From Moniliella sp. 'wahieum' (taxonomy: Eukaryota), in NCBI GenBank assembly GCA_003971905.1, contig RSEE01000003.1, forward strand, positions 1 to 64,000: a stretch of 64,000 nucleotides of DNA, in the 5' to 3' direction. The translations under genes and the position numbers were made by a program. Below are positions 24,960 to 37,994 of the stretch, in pieces. The notes beneath the pieces were generated by a model. The model ran no database searches, had not been told where the DNA came from, and saw only the letters and a list, made by a program, of their open reading frames with translations. Each line of letters begins with the position of its first letter. The first letter of the stretch is position 1.

Positions 24960-26770
24960 TCACAGCTCAGCCCAGTCGGCGGGGATGTGGCAGCGGGCCA
25001 TGCCACGCTCGTCGTATGCACCGGTAATGTAGACGTAGCCGGCCTTGCGGTCGACGGCAATGCTGGAAGGCGCGGTGGGGAGGAACCCCATTTCGTGGCC
25101 GGTGGCTGTCTCGACATTGAGCGCTTGCCATTCCGTCGAAGGGCGAGAGCGGAAGACAGAGGCGGGTGCATATTCTTTGGGGATGAGCAGCCCGCGCTCC
25201 CGCACTTGCTTCATCCGTTCGTACTCCCATGGGTGGGCCACCTGGTTCCCCAACCGCCAGACATATGTTACCTGTTCCACCGCCGTGCCCGGGCGTGGGG
25301 CCAAGGGGGAGCCCTGGGCGAGATGAGCACGTAGACTTGCGACCCACGCATCGAGTTCGATCGAAGAACTGCTGCCAGCGGTCCAGAAACGGCCGAGATC
25401 GTCAATGCCCAGTGCGGATGCCGGCCGAGCTGGGCGACGGGACCAAAAGTTGACAAAGGTGGGCAAGTAGGTAGCCACCTTGCGTGCCGGAGGCGCTACG
25501 CCACTCTCTTCTTCGGATGGAATGCCCTCCAACGCATCCTTGTACGTTTGGTACGGATCCGCCACCCCACCCCCGCCTCGACCCCCCGCACCCAATGTTG
25601 TTCCCATTCATGCACCGCCGTCTCCTCCGCACCAGTTGACAGCGTAAAGAGAATGCCGGCGGTAGAGTTGAACCCGGCCTTGGCACCACCACCATCCCAG
25701 GCCCGCACCGTTGGAGCAAAGCCAGGCCAAGATGGGATGGAAGATAAGATGAGGCCCGTAAGGCCCGCCCGCGCATTGTACATCCACACACCGCTACGAG
25801 GCGCCGCATACCGACCCGGACGCAGGAGGCGCATCACAAAACCCAAGTAGGAGGATGCAGTGGAAAACTTGGTGCCCGATACTGAGGGGTCGAAACTGGT
25901 GGGATCGGGCAGGGCCGAAAAGAAAAAGGAAGGTACTGCGACCAGTTGCGCATCCGACCGCTCAGCCACATGCACGTGCTGCGACGGTAAAAGGGGTGAA
26001 TATTGTTCTCGGAACAGGGTGAGGCGGTAGGGCGAGAGCGGCTTCTTTTCTCCCTCGGGAACAAAGTGGTCGGGTCCAAGACGGAGATGGTGCTGGAGAT
26101 GAGATGCGGGAGTGCGCGGGGCCGCGGGCAAACTGCCCAGGTCCCCCTCTTGCGCACCGGACGGGTGGAGCTGATGGACCAGTACATCCACCATTGATGC
26201 CTTGCCCGCCTCGGGTTGCGACGAAAGGAGCAGAGTCAAACTGTGTGGACTGGTTGCGTTTTCCCAGTTAACATCGAGGTTGCTCACCGCCAGCGCGAGC
26301 GGGTGGAAGCTGCCCCTGCTGGGCCAGTCGAGCACCTCCAGTTTCTGGGGACCATCGTCGCTGCGCGTGTCCCACATCCATACCCCAGCCTGGTCCTGGA
26401 AGGAGGGAGGAGGCGACTCCCAGGTGCCACTGGGGTCGTACCACAGCCGCGACGGGTCGCAGGTGACGTAGGCCATGCCCAGGGCGCGTGAAGCGTCACA
26501 TCGTCACAAAAGGCGAGGCCAGGTGCCTTGATCAGGGCGCACTCGTGGAGGTTGAGGGAGGGCTTGGGCTCGGTCACGGCGTGGAGCTTGACGTGGGTAT
26601 TGTCTGGCGGGGCGGGGCAGGGCGGGGGTTAGGGCGGGGGTTAGGGCGGGGCGGGGCAGGGCAGGGCAGGACGCAGCAGAATGACGGCGGGGGTGAGACG
26701 AACAGGGCAGGTAGGTGGATATGGCAAACAGCGCGGCGAACACGCTGCTGACGGCGACGGGGACCATCAT
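24960..26770 (-). CDS. Serum paraoxonase/arylesterase-like beta-propeller protein with N-terminal signal/anchor
   Basis: Hydrophobic N-terminus MMVPVAVSSVFAALFAISTYLP; in-frame intron 26703-26604 (GTTCGT..CTAAC..CAG); motifs ECALI..FCDDVTLH..AYVTCDPSRLWYDP and FHPLAL typical of fungal PON-like proteins; C-terminus AVDRKAGYVYITG. Several 1-nt frameshifts. Confidence 0.6.
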
Positions 26771-27060
26771 CCTGCCGAGGAGGAGGCGATGCAGGCGATG
26801 GGAGGTGGTGGCGGGGGGGGCGGATGCGCCACCTGCTCCACCCCCGAGGGCAGGAGAGGGTAGGTCGACAGACAACACGTGGTCGGGGGATGCGGAGTTG
26901 CACCGATGTGACAGCGCGTCCTCTCCGAAGCTTCGCGGCGCCACCGCATCGACATCCTCCATCCTCCATCCCGGTACGGTCCCCCACGCACGCCCAGCCC
27001 TCCTTCTATCGCCTATCGCTGCCGAGCGCATCGGATGGGCAGAGAATTGATCATGTCCCA

Positions 27061-27393
27061 TCAGTTCTTGCTGGCCGTCGAGCCCTGCACAAAGAAGGCC
27101 GACTTGGACGCGTACACCAGCGACACGTCAAACGCCGTCTCGCCCACCGCCAGGTACGTCCCCAGCAGCGAGCGCGGCGTCCCCTCCGGCACCTGTGCCA
27201 GGTCAGGTGTCAGCCCGACGCCCGCTTCAGCCCCGCAAGGCCAAACGAGAGCAGTGTTGCGTCGATGGTGAGATGTACGGCTTTGCCCAGCAGCTGTCGA
27301 GGACACGCCGCAGCACGCAGAGCGGGGAGCGGGGAGCGGGGAGGTTAGCATCCAGCTACGGCCCTGGGGGAGGCGGCGGGGACGTACTCCCAT
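27061..27393 (-). CDS. Small DUF1748-family fungal protein (~80 aa), one intron
   Basis: ATG GGA, intron 27387-27294 (GTACGT..GCTAAC..CAG), then LLGKAVHLTIDATLLSFGLAGLKRASGLTP..YLAVGETAFDVS..SAFF, matching the DUF1748 pattern. One G is missing in a homopolymer near 27213. Confidence 0.75.
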   Translation of the reverse strand: MGVRPRRLPQGRSWMLTSPLPAPRSACCGVSSTAAGQSRTSHHRRNTALVWPCGAEAGVGLTPDLAQVPEGTPRSLLGTYLAVGETAFDVSLVYASKSAFFVQGSTASKN

Positions 27394-27664
27394 AGTAGTT
27401 GAACCAGCGGGAGTGATGGAGGGGAAGGGGGGGATGGGACACTGGTGGTGGAGGTAACGGCAAAGACTCGAGCAATGTTCCGTTTACGCCAGCAGACCCC
27501 ACCGCCCGGCGGCACACTGCCTCCCCGCCCGATCGGCCGACTGCCCCCGCCGGACCGGGCTTTAAGATCTAACACCTGGCTGCCGCTGGCCCAGGCGCGG
27601 GGGGAGTGCTCTGAGCTCGGCGCTCCGGCACGCAAGTGCAGCACTCAGGTTAGTCGCTAGCAAG

Positions 27665-30600
27665 CTACCTGGCCTCAGGCCGAAGCCATGGCATGTGGGT
27701 ACGCCCACCCTCTTCAGATCGGTCTGCTCCCGCCTCCGCCTCCTCCTCCTCCATCCGCATCGGCGACAACCCTCCCCCCGCGTCCTCCGCCTCGGGCAGC
27801 ACGCCCGCGGTAAGGGCTGGGCAGTGGCCAAGTCGGGCGAAACCGGAGCCGGGCCCACGGTGGGGACGCGGCGCGACGAATAGGTGGTCAGCGATAACTG
27901 CGGCCGGCGCAGGCTGCTCCGTCCTGCTGTCGTGGGCCCCTGGCTGCTCAGTGTTGGCGTTATCGGCCGTTCAGCCACAGCCGCCGTTTCGTTCGAGCCT
28001 GGTGTAAGTGCCGACCAGGACGGTGCGTCCTCCGGGTAATCTGACTGCGATGGTGTGGGGGAGAAATGGCGCGTTCTCCTCCTCCAGCGCCGCTTCCCGG
28101 GCATTCTCCTCAATGAACGACAGGATCCACGGGTGCGCTCGCAACTCCTCCGCCGTCGGACGCTCGTTGGGGTCAATCGTCAAACAGCGTGCGATAAAGT
28201 CAATCCCCTCTGCCGACAGCTGCGACGGATCGGGCAGGGGTGGGTGCTCCCGGCCATGCCAACACGTAGAATGATCGCACACTGATTGTCCAGCTTCCGG
28301 GGCCGTTCTCCCGTCACACACTCCAACACCACGCACCCGACACTCCAAATCCATCACACCCTTTTTGCTCTTGTCCACCCCTGACATCAGGTCGGTTTGG
28401 ATCACCTCGGGCGACATGTACATCGGAGTGCCCTGCAGCGAGTTCATTGGTGCCTTCTTATCGTCCAGGTTGCGTAACGACCGCATTGTCCTCCCATGTC
28501 CCGACTGCGCAATCGTGTCGGTATCGTTGGCCAAGATCTTGGCGGCTCCAAAGTCAACGTACTTGATCACCCCATACGGATCCAACAGGATGTCTGGCAA
28601 AAAAACGCGTGGTCTCGTTAGCTCCTGCCTATCCACAAGCGCACCAAGAAATGGCAAAAGGCTTACTCTCGGGCTTAATGTCGCGGTGCACAATACCCAT
28701 GCCATGCAAATAGCTAAGTCCGTCGAGCATCTGCAACGCGTAGAACTGTATCACCCGCTCGTCGGTGATCGGACCATCTCGAGAAGGTGGGCAAGGGAGC
28801 CACCCTCTCAGTACTCTTCAAAGATATACACCTTGTCGCGATGCACCTCGATTCCATAATATTGGACGACATTGATGTTGTCCAACAGTTGCATCACCGT
28901 CAGCTCGTCCTTGATCTGCTGGAAAGAGCCGGATGAGAAGCAATGTCTTGGAACTTGATCTCCTTGACCGCCATCATACGACCCGTGTCCAGATCCAGCG
29001 CGGAATAGACCGTGCCAAACGTACCTGACCCCACCACCTGGCCCATTTGCCAATGGAACGCAGACGAGGACTGAGCCAGCGACTGTAACCCGCGGTCCTC
29101 AATACGTGAATCATCAAGCACCCTGCCACAGAACTGCAGTTCGCGCAAGTACTCGTCCTTCCGGGTTTCCAACTCGTCAAGCGCACGCATCCGCTCCTCT
29201 GCTCGCCCAGACTGCTGGGCATTGAGTAGCATCGCAGCCACAGCAGCCTCCGATTGCTGGTGCGGTGGAAGGCCCCTCCGCACTTCCTCCACCTCAATCT
29301 CCTCAGCCGCCTGGGCCGTCCTCTGCGCTACCTGCGCCAAGGCCAGCTTTTGCGCCGCTTCGCGCGCCTGGACGGTCATGCTCGACCGCGCGCCCAGAAT
29401 GTCAAAGTGGGGGATCAGGAGACGGATGCAAATACCCACCTTGGTTTTCAGCAGGACATAGTCCTTCTCCTGGAGCTTGAGGATAGTATCGCTATTGGTA
29501 GAGATGAGGCATCTTCCAGCGCAGTGACGGCCCACTTGAACGTACGACGATCCGTGGGCACACAGTCGTCCGTGATGAACGAGATCCAGTATTGACAATG
29601 GACAAGTGAGCAATCGCCACGTTCATCTCTGCCCGCCTTGGCGGACGCAATAAAGGGTAGCGAGCGCAGGGCATGTTCCGAAGCAATCTGGTAACATCTC
29701 TGTATCAGCTCATCACACTCCCCCCCTTTTCCTTGCTCTTGACCGCGGGGTCATACTGCTGGAATCGAAGCCGCTTTCGCTGCTTAGGCACCTCGGTGAT
29801 GATCGCCGCTGCCAACTTATAAATGCCCTGGTTGATTTTGCCACCTCCTTCTGGACCGAGTGGATGTGGGCCATGTACTCTGCCACCGTCTCCAGCGGGA
29901 AGGCCGCGCAGTTCACATTGGCCAACGTCTCCGACCGGGCATGCGGTCGCTCACCCTCTCCCTGTCGGAATGGTCAAAGGCACCATAGAGGTGGTCCTTG
30001 CAGTGCTGGAGTTCGGCACGCGAGCCATCGGCCACCAGCCTAAACCGGTTGGCGTGCATTTGGATGTCCACCTCAGGGGTATCTAATGGCATCACCTTTC
30101 CCGTCCAAACAAAGTCGTCACGCAGAGAAGCAGCAGCAGGTACTGGCACCACCTGTCGGCCGCAGGACTTGTTCCCGTGAGCCGTCAGCATGGGCGGTGT
30201 CAATTGTGCGAATGCATCCTGACCCCAGACGTTGTACTGGTCCAAGCGCTGATAGCGCTTCAGGTTCGCCCGGGCGGGCGGATGAGACGAGCGCAAACAT
30301 TTTGTCAGAAGGTCCCGCACCAGCTCGGTCTTATCGTGCAGGGAAGGCAGTGCCAAAACATAAATCCCCCGCTCGGAAAGGTAGTGCAAGTGTACAAGGA
30401 AGAAGCCGGCGTCTTGAAGCGTCCGCAAGAACCAGCCTCGTCGCTCGGGCTGGAGCGAAGCCAAGTCGTACTCGGCGGCGTTATCGAGGCGGGCACGAAT
30501 GTCGTGTGAAAAGGCAAGGAGACGACGCGATCGAATCCGCACATTCTCCATCACAGCTCGAATTCACGTCTCGGCCTCGCGCAGGTCCATTAGCAAATGG

Positions 30601-32393
30601 CCTGTGGTTAATCCTCCAATCGTGGTTGGTCGTCGATTCGTATTCTCCCCTTGCTCGTGTGCTGGACGATTAAGTGGGAGCGCCTCGCTCCACAGGACCG
30701 GCACGTCAATCTCACGGTAAAAATACTGCTCGATACGGGTAAAGAGCTACTAAGTGGGTTAGAAACGCGTGATGCGAGAACTGCAGAGCAAACCCACCTG
30801 GTTCACTATCCTTGTAATTCGGTGGGCCACAATAATGTCCCCACCCTTGATGGAGGCAGCGGTGTGGAGAAAGGGCCGCTCGGGCTCAAGGATCTCAGTT
30901 TCTTAAAACGCCGAAACCTTGAGCTTTCGGTCCAGTAGGTTAAAGAAGAGAACCAACGCATCCTTCAGTACGTGGTCGAAGGAGTCCCCGTCGGACGCGG
31001 CAGTCTCGGGTGGATTCCAGCCACGCTCGGGATTTGGAAGAAGGAAGAGCGCATGTTCATCCTTGATCTTGCATGCTAGCGCTAGTGCCGAACGCACATC
31101 GAGGATGAACAAGTCGATGATCTTCAGACTTGGGGATTGCTGTCGCAGTGTCAGCTCGTACGACAGCCGTACCTTCAAAATCCCCTCCATGAGCGCAACA
31201 GGCAGATTGGCGAGCTGCATGAGTTGGTCTTGGTACGACGGCAAACCAATCTGGCTGTATTGCTCATTGTGGTCCGTCAGGGACTCACGGGCCTTGGTGA
31301 GCATGGCGGTCATGTAGCGGAGTGTTCGTTTCTCAAATGCCTGGCTCAGAGCCTTGTCCTTTAACAGACGCTCGACAAGCGGCTCCTCGCTATTGCTGCC
31401 GGTCCGTGCGGGTGTGGATGCAGCCATGTCCTCTGTCGGTCCCAACGGCAGTGTCGTGGGCAAGTGCACTTCCAGCGAATCGGATCCGGTCCAGCGGCGC
31501 AGAACATCGAGCTGGATCCGGATCAGATTGGAGCAGTACCAACTGTAGAGGGCGGCGAGGCGGTCCTGAATCTCGGACGTGCCCCAGCGGGGAGCGACTT
31601 GGACCATCTTGCGTACCGAGGGGAACTGCTGTTCGATCTGGTCCACCCGGTCCAGTAACTGTCCCACCGCGGTAAACGCATCCTCGTGCGCGCTCTCATT
31701 TGGCTCGACACGGAACACGAGCACAGCGTCAATCAGCCCGCCCAGCAGTTTGGGCCAGCCGCGGTGAAGCAGCTGGCGCTCGCGGGCAATGAGGGTGGGC
31801 GAGGACCGACGATGAGCGCCGGTGCAGAGATAAGCCCGGAGCTCGATCCAGCGCTGGTACATGCTCTCCGTCTTGGTCTCCTCGGGCGAATCGACAGAAA
31901 TGATGCGCTGCTCTCGGAGCGCAGCACCTCACTCCGCAGCGTGCTTGGCACATGGTCTGCCACTCGAGCCGCTCGTGTGGCGTGTCGGCCTGGGCGGCCG
32001 GCGGGAGCGCGAGCGTGGCGGGGTCGGCATCCGGCTCGTCGTCGCTGGGAAGGGTGGCAGGTGTGGGCAGCACGTGCTCGCGCTGGGCAGAAAGGGCGGG
32101 CGAGTGGAGGAAGCGCTCCTCCTCGACGCGGGGGCAGGTGCGGCGGAGGAAGCGGGCGACGGTGCGCTGGGCGAGATGGTCGCCGACAGCCCGTGGCGGC
32201 GGGCGGCTGTCCATCGCATCCTCGGGCAGCGCCGGCGGCGGGGGGGGGGTCGGCTGACCATGCGCCGGGCAGCGGGGCTGTCTGGCGGTGGTCGGGGTGG
32301 TGGCCGAGGTGGTGGCCGGGGACGCTAGTCGAGTCGCTGGCAGAAGGAGGCCGGCTGGGTTGCTCCGGAGTGGTTAATGTAGCCTGGCGGCAT
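27665..32393 (-). CDS. SSK2: Ssk2/Wis4-family MAP kinase kinase kinase (HOG pathway)
   Basis: N-terminal ERLEWQTM..SEVLRSE and W(I)ELRA motifs; kinase motifs WQMGQVVGSGTFGTVY, MMAVKEIKFQD, NVVQYYGIEVHRDKVYIFEEY, IKYVDFGAAKIL, NSLQGTPMYMSPEVI, DPNERPTAEELRAHPW. Many frameshifts; start and stop approximate. Confidence 0.92.
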
Positions 32394-32556
32394 ATGAATA
32401 TCAACCCCCGGCGGCGTGCGGGGCTGGACAACGCACATCCAAGCACAAGCACAACTGCAGCCAACGCGCCCGAAATCGAAATAATCAATTCCATCCTTTC
32501 TTCTGCCTCTGCACACCACCGCCGCCGCCGCCATCGGCCTCATCGTCCCCACCACC

Positions 32557-33398
32557 ATGGCCGCCGCCGACACCGCCACCGACGCCGCCCCCGCCGCCGC
32601 TGCTGCCCCCCCCCCACCAATCCGCCCAACGCCACTATTTATGTGCGCAACGTCCAGAGCAAGATCAAGCCAGCCGAGGCCCGCGCCCAACTCTACGCCC
32701 TCTTCTCTACCTATGGCGCCGTGCGCGCCATCACCCGCCCAGGACGCGGCCAGGCGTTCATCGTATTCAGCGACAAGACCGCCAGCCGGTCCGCCCTCGC
32801 CGCCCTCCAGGGCTTCCAGTTCTACGGACGCCCATTGCATCTGGAATATGCACGCACCCAGTCGGCCGCGACCATCGTTGCCACGCTGGGGCCGGCTGCC
32901 CTGCACGATCCAGCGGTGCGGGCGACGATGCATCCGCAGCCTCTGAAGCGCGCACGCACGACATCGCCTTCTCCCGCGCCTTCGCACCCGGCCTCGCCCT
33001 CCCCTTCCCCGACCCCCGACGCAGCCATCGCTGCACCAGCTCCGCCCAATGCGGTTGCTTCCGAGGAGGAGGAGGAGATGCAGATGGACGACGACCAGCC
33101 GGCGCCAGAAGCTGTGCCCGAGGAGCGCAGCGTCTCTTTGTCAGCCTCGGATCTTCCCAAGGAGATTACGAGAGAAATGTTGGAAGCCCTGTTTGCGTCG
33201 TAGGTTGTCCTCCTCTTTTTGCCCAAGGTCGTCACTGACCACCTCTGTACACAGCCAAGATGGCCTGCGCGCTGCTCGCTTGCCGACGGAAGCGCCACGA
33301 TTGCGTTCGTGTCACGCAAGGCCGCCAAGGCGGCCCTTGCAGCTCTTGACGGTTTCCGCCTCACTCCCCACGCCCAGCTCCATTTGCGGCTCCCGTAA
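32557..33398 (+). CDS. U1A/U2B'' snRNP protein (two RRM domains), one intron
   Basis: PPNATIYVRNVQSKIK..QLYALFSTYG..RGQAFIVF..ALQGFQFYGRPLHLEYARTQS (RRM1); DLPKEITREMLEALF..ALAALDGFRLTP (RRM2); intron 33200-33254 (GTAGGT..CTGAC..CAG). Confidence 0.88.
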
Positions 33399-34084
33399 TC
33401 ATGCGAATACGCCTGTACAAAAATCTACGCTCATTTCCCATGCAGCCATGCCCAGCTAAGTGGCCCCACAACTCCCCTCGTACCCGTCCCACTCTGGCTC
33501 GGACTCGGGCTCTGCCAGCCGCTCCGGGGGCGGCGCACCAGCTTGTGTCACGGCCTGTTTTCATTCCCCTGGCTTGCGCGGGCGAATGTGGCCATACGCA
33601 GTGCTAGTGCCGTGGAGGAAGTAGACAAAGATGTTGTGTCATCAGACGGCTTCCCAACTGGTAGAGACAAAGAAACTGGCGTTAGAAGACCTGGCTGTCC
33701 CATCCCAAGCCCGGACACCCATCCGGACAAGTGGTAAATCAGCCTCCGGACTGTGCTGGCTCGGCCCCTTGCCTGTCCAGAGCAAGAAGGCTTGCCGGTG
33801 GTGGGAGCAGCCCCGGTGCAGCGCCCCCGCTGTTCCTGAGAGACAGTTTGGTAGCTACTTAAAGCGTAACAACCCAAGCTCAGAACTGAGTCGGTGAGGG
33901 TGGGACAACGTGGAAGACGTTTCTACGAGATGCATAAAAAAGCGTGGGCTTCCGCATGGCAGTGATTATTGTGTCCAGCAGGGGTAGGCTCTGTGTCCTC
34001 CGGCGCATAAGCTCTCTAGATCCGACGTCTTCGCCGTTCCTATGTCCGTAGACTTATAGCAACATCAAGTCGGGTATGATTACA

Positions 34085-37000
34085 TTAGTCCTTGGTTGCC
34101 GCCACCCTCCCAGCTGCTGCTGCTCACCTTGTCTCCCGCTTGCGACTGCGGCGCGGGCGGGCTCGATCTTTGGCCCGCCGGGCAGCCTCGCGGACGCGGA
34201 AGCGTGTCAGTTCCCGCTCCTCGGCCTGGACCAACACGCAGAGGCGGTGGTCCAAGGCTGTCGCCTCTCCCGCTGTGCTTGTCTCGCCCGAATCGCCCCT
34301 CTCTCCCTCGCGTTACGTCCGGAAGCGCACACGCATCCCACCGCCTAGGGCCGATGGCACCCATGCCGTCACGCTCGCTCGTACCTCGAGCGTGTGGCAC
34401 AGGTCGATCCCTGCCTCGCCCGGATCACGCGGGAGCCAGGGCATGTGGATCGGCTTGACGCTGCGCGGGGGGCAGTAGTGCGCCATCTCGTCCACATGGT
34501 CTTCCCCACCAGAGCGTGTGAACGGAGTGCTGGTGGGTGGGGAGGGGAAGGGTGAGCACCATTGGGTTTCTACTTCTGCTGCTTTTGTTTTTGCTTCGGA
34601 TTCTGCTTCTGCTTCTGCTTCTCCATTTGCTACTGCGTCGTCGCCAGCAGCAGCAAGAACCAGCTAGAGCAGAATCAATAGCCAAGCATCGGCCTCATGG
34701 GCAGGACGCTTAGTCTGCCCCTCCAGCTCCACACCAACCTCGCCCATAGCCCGTGGCCACTCCCCACTTTTTCCCGCCACGTGTCCAAGGACGGCACGCG
34801 GTGCCACTCCCTCCATCGTTCAGGGAAGGGGGGAGCAAGCTGGGTTTGATGGAGCTGGGAACAACGTCGCTGGTAGGGGAGGGGACTTGGTGGAAACCAG
34901 ACGAGCTTACCAAGACCGGTTCCTCCTCCTCCTCGCTCGCTTCGGTGGTCTCGCAGGCCTCGCGGGTTTCAGCGTCACAGGCTTCATGGGTCCCATCAGC
35001 GTCACCGTCTCCACCGGCCAGGCAGCCTGGCGACCCTGCCTGGCACGGCGAGTTTTTCCCCCGCCGAAGCCAGGCGAGCGGGCCATGTTGCCCACGCATA
35101 TTCCTGCACATATTCCCACCAGGGCAATGCGCGGGCATGGGGGGTGGCCAGCCCAGGCAGCTACCACGGCGCGTCGGCGGGCGGGGTGAAGAGCCAGGTT
35201 GATCTGGCCCCGGTTCGTGGCCATTGGCACACCACAGCTCGAGGAAGCGGTGGTAGGTGCGAGGTAGGATGGGTCCCGGGGCGCCGCAGGCAGCACCGGC
35301 ATCCGTCCACCGCACGGGGAGCGCGCTGTCCCATTCTGGGGTTTCCACAGGCGGGGAGGAAACGGAGGGGGGCAAATGTGGCGGGGTGGAGGGATGCCGC
35401 ATCGAAAGCAAGCTTCGATCGTGTCGAGGTACCGGATCTGGGAGCGGAAGACGTGTGAGAAGCAGCTTGAGGCAGCACGGTGCAAGGGAGAAGAAGGCGG
35501 TGAAGACAAGGTAGACGCACGTTCTTTAGTCACAGAGAGAAAGATGAGAAAGACACTTTGGCCGACGAGGAGGCTGTCGAGGGAAAAGCGGAGGATACCG
35601 GACCCCCAGAGTAAGCCGTTGGTCTCCATGTAAGTGCGGAGGAAGGTCCACCAAAGGAGCGCTTGAACACCGTCCTGCAATGTGTTAGTAGACCTTGTCC
35701 ACGGAGGAAGGGGAAGGGGAGGGGGGTACGTACAAGGCTACCAACCAGTATACCAGTCCAAACGGTAGTACGAGGGGTTAAGCAGTGTAAAGACAAAGAG
35801 GACCGCCATAATAAGTAGGTGCTGAGGCAGCCACTGGGATGCGTATATAGGTCGTGGGTGGGAAGCAGTGAAGCGGCCGCGCGGGGTAGAGGCGCGCACG
35901 GCAGCTACATGGCGAACCACGCCCATGCATCGGCCACGAGGCAAAGACAAGATGGGTGGCCATGGTGAGCATCAGATAGGATACAAAGAAGGGAGCAGCT
36001 GCTGGGAAAGAGAAGGCGATGCTGTTGAGGATGGGGGAATGTTTATGCCGACCTGGATCAGAGCCGACTTGAGGGCAGTGGTGCCAACGGTAAAAAAAGG
36101 GAGGAGTGATCATGGTGAATTCAGTAGCGGCAGAGAACCGTGTCGTACAACTTGGATCGAGTGGGTAGTGCCTGCCCACGTGCGGTCAGCTGGAAAATCA
36201 TCTCGGGCACCAACATGTTCAGCAGAGAGACCAAGAGCGACGGTAGGGTGACAGAGATCCACGCCTCAGCCGTGGGAAACGATTGAAAAGATGCTCCACG
36301 CCAGGAAAGACGGTCTTAAGCGTCTCAACGTTGGTCAAGACCGAACTAACAATCGACAGTGGGAAGATCCAAAGTAAGGTACAGGTCCAAAACAGCACCC
36401 CGGTACCCTTTCCCCCACAGAGATTGTGAGAAAAGCGGGCACCAATGTGAGCCCAGTCCAAGTCGCGCGCCGCGGGCGCCGGAGTGACCCGTGGGTGTCG
36501 TAGCATTGCCATCTCCTGCAACATAAGACGCGCTTGCCGTGGATCACGGAAAGTGACAAAGGCAGTATTCGTGGCCTTGGCGGGTGGAGGGTGGGCCAGG
36601 GCATGGGAAAGGTAATTGTACTGGTGGTCCAATAGTCAATTGCCGGAAGTGAGTTCCGCGCTTCACCATCGCAGGGTGCTTCTCTGATGCGGATGGGGTT
36701 GGTACGGCTGGCTTGTGCAGTGTCTCTTGGGAGACCGAGGAGTGTGTCCCATGCTCTGCCTTCGGTCCAGCTCTCTGGGGGAAGAGCCGTAAGGGCGGAA
36801 GGAGGGTGTTTCCCCCGCAGGGCGGCAAGCACATTGTTCATCAACTGTACATGTGCCTTTTCCAGTCCATTCCGTGCTTTCTCCCAGCGGGTCAGCAGGT
36901 CCTGATATTCCCCGCTCTTGGGTACCAACAGTTTGTTGGACGGGGGAAGATGGTCACCAGGAAGAAAGGCCAGGCGCTGTTCGAAGTAAGTTTGGACCGC

Positions 37001-37994
37001 CCCTGGGATTGGAGCGTGGGGGGCAGGGTGTTCGACCATCAGCGTCCGTACCTCCACGGCCCCCACTCGGGATCCCTCTCTGCCTGGCTTACATTCCAGA
37101 ACGGGTGCAACGCTGAGGCGGCGTATCCAGTTTGGCGTGCTCGTGTATCCCGCTCTTGGGATGAAAAGAGATGCATACAGTCGGGGGGCTGTTTCGTGGT
37201 TTGTTCTTGGAATGAAGAAAGGCGGTCCCGCGTGGGCGAGGAGCAATCGCAGGCGCATTCGAAGCGCCCCCCATCCAATCCAGACCAGCGCAGCCACCAG
37301 GTAACGGACATCCACCAAAGGAGGATGAGGTGGACAAAGAGCAACCGTCGGCCACGGGAGTTGGGGGCAAGTACGCAGTCTTTACCCTGGCAGTTGGGAT
37401 CGGCGGGATGGTTGACAGCGAAGAGATGGAGGCACGGTCATGTCGGGTGTCAGGGGTGTTGGAGGAGGAGGTATGTGGATGGCCCATGAGGGTGGGGCAA
37501 GTGGTGAGGGTGGTGGAGGAGACACCAGTAGGTGAGGCCCGCAGGAAGCGGACGTACAGCGCAGCGTCCAGACCGGCGTGCGTGGCGAGCGCCAAGTCGG
37601 TGATGCCGAGTGCCTGAGGGATCCAGAGAAGAGGCCAGCGGGCGGGGGCAGGGGCGGGGGTGCTGGGGTGGAAGGTGCGGGGGAAATACATGTGGGCCGC
37701 ATGCCAGTCCTCGGGGGTGGTGCCGCGGCCATTGGGGTAGTCGGCCAGAGTCTGGGTTTGAGCCTGGGCCTGGGCCTTTCGGGCCTTCTCGCCTTTGCCA
37801 CCGTCGTCGGCTTCGCCCCCGTCCTGGCCATGCAGTGGATGATGAGTGGGAGCGAAGCGAAGGGGCCGGCGGCCGAGCTGTCGCAGAACCTCAAAGGCGA
37901 TCAGGCACGAGCCGGCGGTGCCGGCAAGAATGTAGGCGGTGCTGACCAGCCCCTGGTAGGTGGGGTTGAAGTTCTTCGACTCATAGTCGCTCAT
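34085..37994 (-). CDS. CSC1/OSCA/TMEM63 (DUF221) family cation channel
   Basis: N-terminal TM segment after MSDYESKNFNPTYQGL; WPLLWIPQALG..HAGLDAALYVRFLR; TAFVTFRD..QA; PAPAARDLDW; C-terminal WLPRDPG. Many frameshifts; 3' end approximate. Confidence 0.85.

Noticed and set aside
26625..26646. Two GGGTTAGGG motifs as an interstitial telomere
   Set aside because: They lie in the intron of the paraoxonase-like gene and read as duplicated CTAAC branch points on the coding strand.
31686..32556. Long N-terminal extension of the 505-aa ORF on the U1A/U2B'' gene
   Set aside because: Antisense shadow of GC-rich SSK2. The real start is most likely ATG 32557 with a frameshift in a C run.
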